A stretch of 64,000 nt of DNA from Mobula birostris (Eukaryota). The notes below the pieces were generated by a model. That model worked only from the letters and a program-made list of their open reading frames with translations. It was not told the origin of the DNA and ran no database searches. The translations under genes were made by a program, and so were the position numbers. This document shows positions 1-13,169 of the stretch, one piece after another; position 1 is the stretch's first letter, and the number at the start of each line of letters is the position of its first letter. The stretch is from the NCBI RefSeq assembly GCF_030028105.1, contig NC_092372.1, forward strand, positions 137,088,058 through 137,152,057. Reading direction: 5' to 3'.

Positions 1-530
1 ATGTAGGTCCTGAGGCTCCTGTACCTTCTTCCTGATGGCAGTAGCAAGAAGAGAGCATGGCCTGGAAGATGAGGAGGGCTTTCCCTGTGATTGACTGGGC
101 TGTATCCACTACTTTTTGTGGGCGTTTCCATTCAAGGACGTTGGTGTTTCCATACCAGGCCATGACGCAACCTATCAATATACTCTCCACAGTATATCTA
201 TAGTAGTTGTAAACGTTGTAGATGACATGCTGAATCCTCGCAGACTTCTAAGAATGTAGAGGCTGTGCTTTCTTTGTAATGGCACTTACATGCTAGACCC
301 AGGACAGATCCTCTGAAATGATAACATCAAGGAATTTAAAATTACTGATACTCTTGAACTCTGATCCCCCAAAGAGAACTGGCTCAAGGACCTATGGTTT
401 CCTCCTCCTAAAGTCAATACCCAGCTCATTGGTCTTGCTGACATTCAGTATGAAGTTGTTGTTGTGGTACTACTCAGCTGGGCTATCAATCTCCCTCATA
501 TATGCTGATTCATCACCACCTTTATTGATG
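1..530 (-). mobile_element. Rex1/Babar-type LINE fragment
   Basis: Reverse complement matches the RT C-terminal region seen at 1090-1700 (NVSKTNEL..DFRR). Confidence 0.75.
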
Positions 531-551
531 ATAAAACATATAACTCCTGCC

Positions 552-2020
552 TGAGAAGCAACTTAGATCCACTACAATTTGCCTACTGGAGCAATAGGTC
601 CACAGTAGATGCCATCTCATTGGCTCTCCACTCAATGTTGGAACATCTGGACAGCAAAGATGCATACATAAGGATGCACTTTATTGACTGCAGCTCAACA
701 TTCAATACCATCTTCCCCTCAAAACTAATCAATAAGCTTCAAGACCTTGGCCTCATTACCTCCTTGTGCAATTGGAGTCTTGACTTCCTCACTTGCAGAC
801 AAGTCACTTCAGATTGGCAACAACATTTACTCCACAATCTTCATCAGCATAGATGAAGACTGTGTGCTGATAAAACCACAGTCATTTTTTTTTATTTCAA
901 AATATACCTTATTCAAAAATATATACAATAAACCATTCAATAACTTTTCATCCTTTACATACGTTTCCATTATACTCAGTACATATCGTATTTATAGCCA
1001 CCCACGTGGCACTCCAGCAGTTCAGCTTACCATATCATTGTTGAGGGGTATACTCCCCGCCCACCGACCCCTCCCACTCCTACGTCATAAGCCGAATCAA
1101 AGGTGGTGATGAATCAGCCTACAGGAGGGAAATTGAAAATCTGGCTGAGTGCTGCCATAACAACCACCTCTTACTCAATGTCAGCAAGACCAAAGAGCTG
1201 ATTATTGACTTCAGGAGGAGGAAACTAGGGGTCCATGAGCCAGTCCTCATTGGAGAATCAGAGGTGAGGTGGAGAGGATTAGCATTTTAAATTCCTTGGT
1301 GTTACTATTTCAGAGGACCTGCCCTGGCCCTAGCATGTAAATACAATTATGAAGAAAGCACGCCAGTGCCTCTACTTCCTTAGGAGTTTGCAAAGATTGG
1401 CGTGACGTCTAAAACTTTGACAAACTTCTATAAATGTGCAGTGAAGAGTATATTGACTGGCTACATCACAGATTGGTATGAAAACACCATTGTCCTTGAA
1501 TGGAAAATCCTACAAAAAGAAGTGTGTATAGCCCACTTCAGCATAGATAAAGCCCTCTCCATCATTGAGCAGATCTACACAAAGCATTGTCGCAAGAAAG
1601 CAACATCCATTCTTAGGGACCCTTACCAACCAGGCCATGCTCCTTTCTTGCTGCTGCCATCAAGAAGGTGGTATAGGAGCCTCAGGACTCACATCAACCA
1701 TCAGGCTCTTGAACTTCATTCAATTTCACTTGTCCCATCACTGAAATGTTCCCACAATTTATGGACTCACTTTCAAAGACTCTTCACTTCATGTTCTTGA
1801 TATTTATTGCTTTTTATTTATTATTATTTCTTTGCTTTTGCATTTACACAGTTTGTTGTCTTTTGCACAATGGTAGAGCACCAAAGTTGGTGTGATCTTT
1901 CATTAATTCTTTTATAGTTATTATTCTATTATGGATTTCTTGAGTATTTCCACAAGAAAATGAATCTCAGGGTTGTATATGGTGATATAAATGTACTTAA
2001 TATTTACTTTGAACTCTGAA
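552..2020 (+). mobile_element. Rex1/Babar-type LINE, degraded, with 3' tail
   Basis: [46 protein letters not shown] motifs with stops and frameshifts. Confidence 0.8.
884..1090 (-). mobile_element. Tx1/L1-like 3' end inserted in the Rex LINE
   Basis: Poly-T then A-rich tail pattern (antisense poly-A) interrupting the Rex RT; family assignment tentative. Confidence 0.45.
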
Positions 2021-2049
2021 CCTTTAATTCAGATTGACAGTGGTGTCAT

Positions 2050-2620
2050 CAGCAAACAAATATGATAGTTGTGGAAGAGATATTGGTGTCAATCCAAACT
2101 GACTGGGGTCTGCAAGGGAGGAAATCATGGATCCAGTTGCACAAGGAGGTAATGAGGCCAAGGTCTTGAAGCTTATTGATTAGTTTTGAGGGGATGACAG
2201 TATTGAATGCCAAGCTGTAGTCAATAATGAGCATCCTCATCTATGCATCTTTGGTGTCCAGATGTTCCAGGGTTCAGTAACTACCCAAAGAAATGGCATC
2301 TGCTGTGACACCTGTTGTGCTGGTAGACAAATTGGAACAGATCCAAGTTGCTTCTCAGGCGTCAGTGTCCACTATAGCACCAATTTTAGTATCATTTGGA
2401 AACTTATTACCCATGCAACTACATTCTCATCCAAGTCATTAACATAAATGAGGAGCATCAGTGGACCCAGCACTGATTCCTGTAGCACACCATTGGTCAT
2501 AAGCCTCCAGTCCAAATAACAACCTTCCATTACCATGGTCTATCTCCTCCCCACCCCCCAAGTCAAATCTGTATGCATTTGGCTAGTTTCTACCAGAACC
2601 TGTGTGATCTTCCAGAATTG
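2050..2620 (-). mobile_element. Rex1/Babar RT fragment plus CR1 RT fragment
   Basis: [15 protein letters not shown] (ORF 2049..2240); 2375-2620 antisense reads as the CR1 GV.Q.SVLGP region. Confidence 0.7.
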
Positions 2621-3227
2621 CCTACCATGCATTCACATGGCACAAGCACACAAATGTCTGGTGTGAATGATGGCAGGAGTATGCCAGCATCTGAACAATT
2701 CATACACTCACCAAAATCTCTTGCAGCAAAGAATATGTGGTACAAAAATGAAGAGGAAGCAAGTCATTCTTGATCCCAAGGGATTGTCTAAGAAACACAA
2801 TGCTGGTAACAATTTACATTTGCATTTCAGTACAGATACATTACTGTAATAAGAAACTAGTTTAGAGTATGAAAGTTTGTATTTTATCTGTATCATCTGA
2901 GCACTGTATCTATTTAACTATTTTAAAAAAGGCTGCAAAAATTGCAAGCTTGCAGAATAAAGTAATAATAGAGACAGATTTAGAAGGGTACAAAAATTGC
3001 AAACAAATATCACAAAATAATAATAAAGAGATCTGTGAAAAACAAATTATTTTAACTATTTAAATGGTAGTCAAAGAGCAGCAATAATTGTGTTCAAGTT
3101 TTTGATATTTATTCATTTTTGAACATTTCTATTTTAAAACTGATGACCTCATATGCTTTTTCTAATGCAGAATTTGCCTTTGGCATCTTGCAATTATCTG
3201 AATTTGGTAGTAATTATCTGAGAATTT

Positions 3228-3336
3228 TCATCTCCTCTGCTTCTGCTGTGTATTAGGTTTGCTCCAGTTAAAAGTGGAAAACTTCATTTCTGAATTTTTG
3301 CCTACTAGTTCAACAGCTTTCTCTTTTGAAGTTTCA
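3228..3336 (-). CDS. LRRC72: LRRC72 terminal coding exon (ETSKEKAVELVGKNSEMKFSTFNWSKPNTQQKQRR*)
   Basis: ctatttcag| acceptor; MKFSTFNWSK resembles the LRRC72 C-terminal M.(L/F).S.NW motif; minus-strand AATAAA at 3108-3113. Confidence 0.7.
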
Positions 3337-4423
3337 CTGAAATAGACCAAAAGTTTAAAAAAAAACATTTATCTTATCAAAAGTTAAACAAGTATAACAC
3401 TCTCATCAACATTAAGTACATCTTAGTTTCTCTTATATTAGACTTTGTGACACCAGGTCTACTAAGGATAAATTAAATAGGGGAAGAAATTACTTTGGTC
3501 TTATACTGGTAGAAAATAAATTTAAAAACAAGTGAAGATATTCTTCCTTGTTCTGGGGGCATATCTGGGACAAACATCTTCCTCTGAAAGCTGAACAATT
3601 TGCACTAACCTCATTAAAAGGAGAGGTTGTCAGCTTCAGTAAATGTCAAAAATTTAGAAATTGCCTTTTAACTTCATTTACATGGGTTAAAATTGTTATT
3701 TAACGCTGTAGTAGGATTTTAGTAGTGTAAAAACTTTAATTATTTCTTGCACCATGTTTGCTATCATGATATTTCTTGACATAAGTTGATAAGAAGGGTC
3801 ATAAATTTCTTGAAAATATTCAAGATTGACCTCTGCAGCTATATGGCTGATGGCCAACAGAGATTCTGGCTGTATCTGCTACAACAATGAGACATGACGC
3901 AGATATATCATTATATGCCTACCAATACAGGACGGTTTATATAGCACTGTGCTAAAATTAAAAAAAAAATCTGTAAAGCATAGATGTTTTAAAACATAGA
4001 AGTCCTTTAGGCCCAGTTTTGTTGAGCATAAAATCGTGGGCTTTGTGCACACCAGATTCTGCAACAGTCGACCCCAAGCAAAATGCATTTATTGTGCAAA
4101 ATACTACATTCTGTGCAATAATACTAGTCGCAACAGAAAAGGAAAATGAAAAGAAACTTGCCAGGCATATCAAAGCAAACAAAATTTTTAGATTAGAAGA
4201 TGTTAAGTGAAATACTTAACTGGCTCTATTAACAAAGGCTGGTTCCAATGAAAATAAGGAAATGGTGAATAAGTTAACTAAATACCTAGAGGGGTTTTTG
4301 ATAATTTTGGGCATTGTAAGGAGGATGTTTTCTGATATTCAGATTTATGTGATTATTGGACTGTACTTTACATTGGTCTCCTTCAGTTTTCGGCATTTTC
4401 TGCACTGGGTGGCTGATATGTTG

Positions 4424-5830
4424 GGACCAGACGGCATCCCAGGGTGGGTACTCGGGATGTGCATGGCACAACTCACAGGTGTGTTTACAGACATTTTCGA
4501 TTTCTCCCTCTCCCAGTGTAGAGTGCCCTCCTGCTTCAAAACATCCACCATTGTCCCTGTACCTAAAAAGACCAAGGTAACATGTCTGAACAACTGGTGT
4601 CCTGTCGTACTCACCTTAATAATAAGCAAATGCTTTGAGAGGCTTGTCAACGACTACATCTGCAGCATGCTGCCACCCACACTGGCCCCCTACAATTCGC
4701 CTACTGACACAACCGATCGACAGATGACACAATAGCCACAGCTCTTCACACCGTCCTTACACACCTGGAGAAGAGGGATGCTTATGTGAGAATGCTGTTC
4801 TTCGACTACAGTTCAGCATTCAACACCATAATTCCCTCCAGGCTCTTTCTAGCTCTTCCTTCAGCTAGTCCTGATGAAGGGTCTCGGCCCGAGACATCGA
4901 CTGTACCTCTTCCTAGAGATGCTGCCTGGCCTGCTGCGTTCACCAGCAACTTTGATGTGTGTTGCTTGAATTTCCAGCATCTGCAGAATTCCTCGTGTTT
5001 GTGTTGTGTAGCTGGATCCTGGACTTCCTGTCAGATTGCCAGCAGGTGGTAAGAGTGGGACCTCTCACCTCTGCCCCTCTGACCCTCAACATAGGTGCCC
5101 TTTAGGGCTGTGTACTAAGCCCCCTCCTTTACTCTCTGTATACCCATGACTGTGTCACCACCCACAGCTCCAATCTGCTAATTAAATTTACTGATGACAC
5201 TACACTGATTGGCCTAATCTCAAATAATAATGAGGCAGCCTACACCTGACACAGTGGTGTCAAGAAAACAACCTTTCCCTCAATGTTGCAAAAACAAAGG
5301 AGCTGGTTATGGACTACAGAAGGAATGGAGACAGGCACCCCTATTGACATCAATGGATCTGGGTTTAAGAGGGTGAACAGCTTTAAGTTTCTTGGCATAA
5401 ACATCACCGAGGATCTCACGTGGTCTGTACATACTGGCTGTGTGGTGAAAAAGGAACAACAGCACCTCTTTCACCTCAGTGGCTAAAGAAGTTTAGTATG
5501 CACCCCCAAATCTAAGAACTTTGTACAGGCGCACAATTGAGAGCATCCTGACTGCCTGGTATGGGAACTGGACTTCCCTCAATCACAGGACTCTGCAGAG
5601 AGTGGTGCGGACAGCCCAGCACATCTGTAGATGTGAACTTCTCACTATTCAAGACATTTACAAAGACAGGTGCCCAAAGGATCATTGGGAACCCGAGTCA
5701 CCCCAACCACAAACTGTTCCAGCTGCTATCATCCGGGAAATGGTACCGTAGCATAAAAGCCAGGACCAACAGGCTCCGGGACAGCTTCTTCCACCAGGCC
5801 ATCAGACTCATTAATTCATGCTGTCATTAA
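4424..5830 (+). mobile_element. Rex1/Babar LINE with Penelope tail inserted at about 4846-5000
   Basis: [39 protein letters not shown] motifs. Confidence 0.85.
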
Positions 5831-6624
5831 TTTATTTAAAGATGCCCATGAATGAGCAATTCCAATAAAACATGAAGATTCCGACTGCACCATTAAATTT
5901 TCGGGGGTTATTTTTAATTTCAGTCAAACTCAAATAGCAGAACTGCAGTATGGTTGTTGACTGGGCAGCCAGTTTGTATTAATGATGGTATGTAGAGTAG
6001 TAAACCTGTTGACTAAGGTTGGGATTTTCTTGCTTGACTCCAGAGAATCATGCAACCAGAGTTAAATGTACTGCTAATTTGTAGAAATAAGAGGCATTCT
6101 TCAGGTAATTTAATTCTGAAGACCATAGACCCAACCTTTTTTATGCAATGGACCAATACCATTCAGCGAGGGGTCTGTGGAGCCCGGGTTGGGAGAAGTC
6201 ATAGATAATTATTAAAATTTTGTGTGGTTGTAATTTGCATTGGTATTAACATTTGCAGAAAGAAGATGCAAAGTTTAAAACAACTTTATTAACTAACATT
6301 CTGATGTCTGGCAATTACTGAGCTGCAGAGTAGAAATATAAAATTATTAAATCCGCACTTACTCCATATCTGCAGAGGTTTTCATGTATTTGACTACATT
6401 TAGTGAATGTGATTCATAAACATATTTCAATATAAGTTAACAGGGCTACTAACCTAATCTTTTTTTTTCATTTTCTTGAGAATACCTGAAATAAAATCAA
6501 ATTTTTCTTTAGGACAGACTATACAGTAGACAGACTAGTAAAGCATGTGGCCTTATGCTATTTCAAAAGTACTAAGGTAAAAAGGTGATGCTTTAGGAGG
6601 ATGGTTAACAAAACTACTTATTAA

Positions 6625-7730
6625 GACCATAAGACAAAGGAGCAGAATTAGGCCATTCGGCCCATTGAGTCTGCTCCACCATTTCATCATGGCTGATTTA
6701 TGATCTCTCTCACCCCCATTCTCCTGCCTTCTCCCTACAACCTTTGACATCCTTACTAAACAAGGACCTATCAGCCTCCATTTTAAATATACCCAATAAC
6801 TTGGCCTCCAGAGCTGTTACCCAGACAGAATTCCACAGATTCACCATCTGCTAGCTAAAGAAATTCCTCTTCATCTCTTTTCTAATGGAATGTCTTTCTG
6901 TTCTGAGGCTGTGCACTCTGGTCCTAGACTCTTCCACTGCAGGAAGCATCCTCACCACATCCATTCTATCTAGGCCTTTCAATATTCAGATACATTTTCA
7001 TAAGATTCCACCCCCCCCCATTCTTCTTAACTCCAGCAACTACAGGTCCAGAGCCATCAAACGCTCCTTATACATGAACCCTGCCATTCCTGCAATCATT
7101 CTCGTCAACCTCCTCTGGACCTTCTCCAATGGAAGCACATCCTTTCTTAGATAAGGAGCTCAAAACTGCTCACAATACTCAAAGTACTGTCAGACCATTG
7201 TCTTATAATTCCTCAGCATTACATCCTTGCTTTCATATTCTAGTTCTCCTGAAATTAATGCTAACCTTACACTTGCCTTCTCTAACACTGACTGAGCCTG
7301 CAAGGTAACCTTTAGGGAATCCTGCACGAGGACTCCCAAGACCCTTTGCATCTTTGACTTCTGAATTTTCTCCTCATTTAGAAAATAGCCTACATCTTTA
7401 TTTCTTCTACTAAAGTTCATCACTTCCCTACACTGTATTCCATCTGCCACTTCTTTGCCCATTTTCCTAATATGTCTGTGTCCTTCTGCAGATTCCTTGT
7501 TTCCTGACACTACCTGTCCTTCCACCTCCTTTTGTATCATCCATGAATTTGGCCACAAAACCATTAATTCTGTCATCAAAATCATTGAGATGTAACATGA
7601 AACGAAGCAGTCCCAACACTGACCCCTGCAGGACACCACTAGTCACCAGCAGCCAACCAGATAAGGCCTCCTTTAATTCCATTCTTTGCCTTCAGTCTGC
7701 TGTTCATGCTGGTGCCTTTCCTGTAATACC
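6625..7730 (-). mobile_element. CR1/HER1-like LINE 3' portion
   Basis: SGVLQGSVLG, AKFMDDTK motifs; 3' tail ending in ..tatggtct repeats. Confidence 0.85.
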
Positions 7731-8132
7731 ATGGGCACTTGTCTTAAACTGTTGCTTAAACATTGCTGTTCTGCCATCATCCCTGCTCGTGTCCCCTTCC
7801 TATCAACTTTGGCCAGTTCCTCTCTCATGCCTCTATAGTTTCCTTTACTTCACTGTAATAGGAACACAGATTAAATCTGAATATAGATAGTGTTCAACAG
7901 TGTATTCAATTATTATTCATCTTTTGAACCACAAACTAAAATCTATTCAAGACTAACGAAATTAAAGAACTTTCAAAGTCTGTTGCCTTTAGAAATTAAA
8001 TTATTTTGGTAAAAATTCGCTACACATTTGCATTTATTAGAGTACAGAGTCAATTCGGATGGTTGAAAAATTACTTTTGTAATTTTGTATCTCAACTCCA
8101 TTGTCAAGAGTCCTCTTCCAACAAAACTACAA

Positions 8133-8209
8133 CTTAAAATATATTGCATTATTAACAAAAATAAACTGAGATCTTAAAATATATTGCAGTATTAACAAAA
8201 ATAAACTGA
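8133..8209. repeat. 40-bp-period tandem duplication
   Basis: cttaaaatatattgca(t/g)tattaacaaaaataaactga occurs twice. Confidence 0.9.
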
Positions 8210-8366
8210 TTTGTGCGGATGCTGAATTGAGCAATACTTGTTGAATTCCTTACTTTCACTAGAGGGACTCAGCAAGCTGTTATCTGAGAATAAAGCACCA
8301 AAAGAAGGCATATTTAGCAAGATCACTATTGATATTTGCCGGTATCAGAATAGATAATATATTTAC

Positions 8367-8396
8367 CTTTCTCGTGAGGAACTGGTGTCATCCAAC
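8367..8396 (-). CDS. LRRC72: Candidate LRRC72 micro-exon (30 nt)
   Basis: tctttccactttag|GTTGGATGACACCAGTTCCTCACGAGAAAG|gtaaat has good splice signals, but alone it does not reconcile exon 7 (phase 1) with the last exon (phase 2). Confidence 0.35.
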
Positions 8397-9256
8397 CTAA
8401 AGTGGAAAGATATTAAGTTGTTGGAATGGATTAATAGTTTAATTAGCTTTCAGCACTCAGATATTAAGATTTAAATAATACTGATATCCAAGACTGATTT
8501 TATTATGCCTATCATTTTACTTTTTACTTTTGCATACTCCTTAGATTATTTTCTGGGATGGCACTGAATATGATGCTACCTAAACAGTTGACCTGGTTTT
8601 GCATGGGGAGTCTCCAGTGTTTATAGAATGGACTGCAGGGTTTTGCTAAGGACACAGAGCAAATCAAATAAAATCAATTGCTAAAAAAAGGGATTGACTA
8701 CTAGATACACCCTGCTCATAGATGTGGGTGAGAAGGGAATAACAAGAAGATGCAATCTGGCCTTTCTGCCAAATCTTGATTGCACTTGCTTTCGCATTGA
8801 TAATTGCACTTTCCAGATATCATAAATTTACAAAGAAAATGGAACTACTACTATTTCTAGAAACAGCACAATATTTATTTCCTAATTGGTTTTATGTCCC
8901 AATTCCATCCCCACTTTTCTCACAATGGTTACATCAAAGCAATTGGATTGGTTAGTAAGCTACATTTTTCCTTTGACAGCCAAAAACAACATTCTGAAAT
9001 CAAAATATAACTTCTACATTGTTGACATTTATTGTCAGTGTAAAGTTTCATTACTGACAAAAAGTGATAACTTTTTAGGGTATTTTAATTTATTTTTTTC
9101 ATTAATCCCAAAATATGTGAATAATCAGCAAACAGATAGAAAGTACATGAATGAGATGCCATCCAGTGGCAACTCTTCAAACAACTTATAAACAAGTTCT
9201 GTGATCCATCAGTCTACATGTCTTCCCTGGATATCAAGCAGGTTCAGTTTAACAGA

Positions 9257-9466
9257 AAATGCTGGTGAATGCAACAGGCCAGGCAGCATCTGTAGGAAGA
9301 GGTACAGTCGACGTTTCAGGCCAAGACCCTTCGTCACGTCTAACGAAGGGTCTCGGCCCGAAACGTCGACTGTACCTCTTCCTACTGATGCTACCTGGCC
9401 TGCTGCATTCACCAGCACTTTTTGTGTGTGTTGCTTGAATTCCAGCATCTGCAGATTTCCTCGTGT
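9257..9466. mobile_element. Penelope-like terminal repeat, inverted pair, 14-bp TSD
   Basis: Arms at about 9257-9336 and 9341-9420 are reverse complements; ttcagtttaacaga at 9243-9256 and 9467-9480. Confidence 0.85.
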
Positions 9467-9657
9467 TTCAGTTTAACAGATGTCCATTGGTCAGAAACAC
9501 ACAATAATCACTCAATATGGTAACCATACCTCCATAATACAGTATTGCAATGAATGCCATCAAAAGTACATCAGACTGAAAAGAAAGAATAGTTACTGAA
9601 AGTAGAGAGGGAGAGGAAAATAGTTCTATCTTTCACTGGAATGGGTGTATGCATGTA

Positions 9658-12493
9658 CAATGGCAATAAAAAGTATTAACACCCCCCCCCACCCTTGGAA
9701 GTTTTCATGTTTTATTGTTTTACAACATTGAATCTCAGTGAATTTAGTTTGGCTTTTTTGACTCTGATCAACAGAAAAAAACCTTCATGCCAAAGTGAAA
9801 ACAGATCTTTACAAAATGATCTAAATTAATTACAAATATAAACCACAAAATAATTGATTATATACTCCCCCCCCCCCCTTAAGTTAGTATTTAGAAGATG
9901 CACCTTTGGCAGCAATTATAGCCTTGAGTTTGTGTGGATAGGTCTCTATCAGCTTTGCACATCTGGACACAGCAATTTTTCCCCATTTTTCTTTACAAAA
10001 CTACTTAAGTTCTGTGAATGAACAGCCTCTTTTCAAATCCAGCCACAAATTCTCAATTGGATTGAGGTCTGGACTCTGACTTGGCCACTCCAAGACATTA
10101 ACTTTCATGTTTTTAAGCCATTCTAGTGTAGTTTTGGCTTTATGTTTGGGATCATAGCAGACATCCTACCTCTCCTGGAAGTTCCGGGAGTCTCCCGCAT
10201 ATTGATAGCGGCTACCCGATGACCGCAAATTATATACAATATCCCGGAAATTGATTTTTTTGAGAGCCAGCGAGTGAGAGGGAGAGAGAGAGAGAGCGAG
10301 TGACAGATGTAGCGAGAGAGCATCCTGATTGGTCTCTCTTTATGCTAAATAGACCTATCAGTTTTCTCTGTGGAAGGCTTTACAGACGACCTCTCTCTCT
10401 TTTTCATTGCCCTTCAGTTCAGTTTAGTGTCCTGCAGCGCCATGGCAAAGTGTTCCAAAAAAAGAAAATATAAAATGTACCACCCCAGACTACACTAAAG
10501 TGTACCCCTGCCTAATAGGGGTCAAGAATAATGACAGTGTTGCTCGCTGCACTGTTTGCAACAGTGACTTTTCTATTGCCCATGGGGTTAAAATGACTGT
10601 GAAAGACATGTTGAGGTGAGTTTAACAGGTGTCATTCATTCACTCGCATAGCTAACATTATTTAAACTGGCTAGCTAGCTGCTTAGGAGCTACTCTATTG
10701 ATGTCCTATGTGATGAGGCCAAACTCCCTGTAGACTTGCTTAAAGTTGTAATAGGATAAAACAATGACTCAATGATAATATAATTGTGAATCTGATTGTC
10801 TTGCAAAATTAACAAATTCATTGACACAGACTGCTATGATGTTGAGACTTCCGGCAAAATGCTCAAATCTGCCAAGCAAGCCACATCACAGTACAAGGAA
10901 AGTTTGCAAAAGAAATAGAAAAGCTATTTGCATTAGCATTTAGCTATTAGCATTGAGACTGCCAACAAAATACTCAACAAGGAATATATATGTGTAAATA
11001 TTTTCAATATGTGATCAAATAAATTGTTGTGTTCTTTCATAATTAAATGTCCTGTATACATACACCATTGGAGGTCAACTGGGGAGGGGGGATATGGGGT
11101 TGTGGGGGATGGGGGTGGTGGTGCTACCTCCCTGAAATGAGTTTTTGCAGGGTGGGATGTCTGTCATAGTCTTGCTGGAAAACAAATCTTCTCCCAAGTC
11201 GCAGTTCTCTTGCAGACTGCATCAAGTTTTCCTCCAAGATTTCTCTGTATTTCACTGCATTCATTTTACCCTCTACCTTCACAAGCTTTCCGGGGCCTGC
11301 TGCAGTGAAGCATCCCCACAGCATGATGCTACCATTGCCATGCTTCACAGTAAGGATGATGTGTTTTTGATGTGCGGTATTTGGCTTATTTCAAACATAG
11401 CATTTAGTCTGATGGCCAGAAAGCTCAATTTTGGTTTCATCAGACCATAGAACCCTCTTTCAGCTGACTTCAGAGTCTCCCACATGCCTTCTGGCAAACT
11501 CAAGCTGAGATTTCATGTGAGTTTTTTTTCAACAATGGCTTTTGCTTTGCCATTCTCCCATAAACCTGTGACTGGTGAAGCACCCAGGCAACTATTATAT
11601 GTGCAATCTCTCCCATCTCAGCCACTGTAGCATGTAATTCCTCCAGAGTTGGGTTTGGTGGCCTTCCTCACTAGTCCCACATGCCTCCTGGCAAACTCTA
11701 GCCAAGATTTCATGTGAGTTTTTTTTCAACAGTGGCTTTCTCTTTGCCACTCTCCCATAAAGCTGAAATTGGTAAAGCACCTGGACAACAGTTGTTGTAT
11801 GCGCAGTCTCTTCCATCTCAGCATCTCAAGCTTGTAACTTCTCCAAAGTTATAGATCTCTTGGTGGCTTCCCTCATGAGTCCCCTTCTTGCATGGTCACT
11901 CAGTTTTTGAGGATGGCCGGCTCTAGGCAGATTTACAGCTCTGCAATATTCTTTCCATTTATTGATGACTGATTTAACTGTACTCGAAGGGATATTCAGT
12001 GACCTAGAAATTTTCTTGTATCCATCTCCTGACTCGTACTTTCCAATAACCTTTTTGTGGAGTTGCTTGGAACATTCTTCGTCTTCATGGTGTAGTTTTA
12101 CCCAGGATACTGACTCACCAGCAGTTGGACCTTCCAGATATAGGTGTATTTATACTGCAATCAATTGAAACACCTTGACTGCACACAAGTCTCCAAAAAC
12201 AGATTTCCAATTAACTAATTATGTGACTTCTAAAACCAATTGGCTACACCAGTGATGATTTGATGTGTCATATTATGGGGGTGGAGGTGAATACTTATCA
12301 ATTATTTTGTGTTTTATATTTGTAATTAATTTAGATCACTTTGTAGAGATCTATTTTCACTTTGACATGAAAGAATATTTTTCTGTCGATCATTGTCAAA
12401 AAAAAAGCCAAATTAAATCCACTGTGATTCAATGTTGTAAAACAATATAACATGAAAACTTCCAAGGGGGGTGAATACTTCTTATAGGCACTG
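9658..12493 (-). mobile_element. Tc1/mariner transposon (long TIRs), transposase degraded
   Basis: TA at 9656-57 and 12494-95; ~200-bp TIRs beginning CA(A/G)TG.C.ATAA.AAGTATT; KHGNGSIMLWGCF..FQQD and RVAKRKPLL transposase motifs; internal ~190-bp duplication near 11478/11676. Confidence 0.9.
10158..11163 (+). mobile_element. Non-autonomous hAT-like DNA transposon nested in Tc1
   Basis: TIR CAGACATCC(T/C)ACC; TSD tcatag at 10152-57 and 11164-69; internal zinc-finger-like peptide ARCTVCNSDFSIAHG after ATG 10442. Confidence 0.75.
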
Positions 12494-13169
12494 TACATTA
12501 GATTTTTGGATTTAATAATATTATGGGAGTTTATTTGTATGTATGGCTGTCCATAAGTTGGGCACCCACTACACAGGGGCAGTCTGTACTCAGTTAGATC
12601 TTGCCTTGACCCAAGTATGAACCTAATTACTGGTTGCCAGAGACAAAAGAATACTAGATAAATTGCCTGACCACATGAAGCCAGGGAGGTAATGGAATAT
12701 TCACCTTTTACTAGAACGTATGCGGCTTCAATACCAATACAGAGAACAGATTGGCGTTCTTCTACTACAGCTCATTCTCCACTCACTCTGCCTTAAGTGC
12801 ACAGAGGGTGCTGTGCTAGAATCTAATACAGAAGCTTACATCAACAGCAACTCCCAGCTGTACTGTATATCAAAGTCAGACATGTTGTTGAAATAACGTC
12901 TAAGTTCTCCAGTTCCCATACCCCACACTGATTTGTCAATATCTACTAATCTTTTTTGTTTTCTCAGTCCATATTCTGAAAGTATCTAATTAATACCATC
13001 TTGTAAATATCATTCCTTCAAGGCAACTGACTCTTCAGCTACATACTGAGAATACATTTTTATGTATGGATTCAACTTAACTTACCCTTGTTCCTATACA
13101 TTTGTTGCTTGCATAAACATCAAAAAGCTATTTACCATTGGTCTCATTGAGGGTGATCTCCTGTCTTCT

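Noticed and set aside
2573-2849. Plus-strand ORFs as a possible last exon of neighbouring ANKMY2
   Set aside because: No recognisable ANKMY2 motif or convincing acceptor; could be UTR or intergenic sequence.
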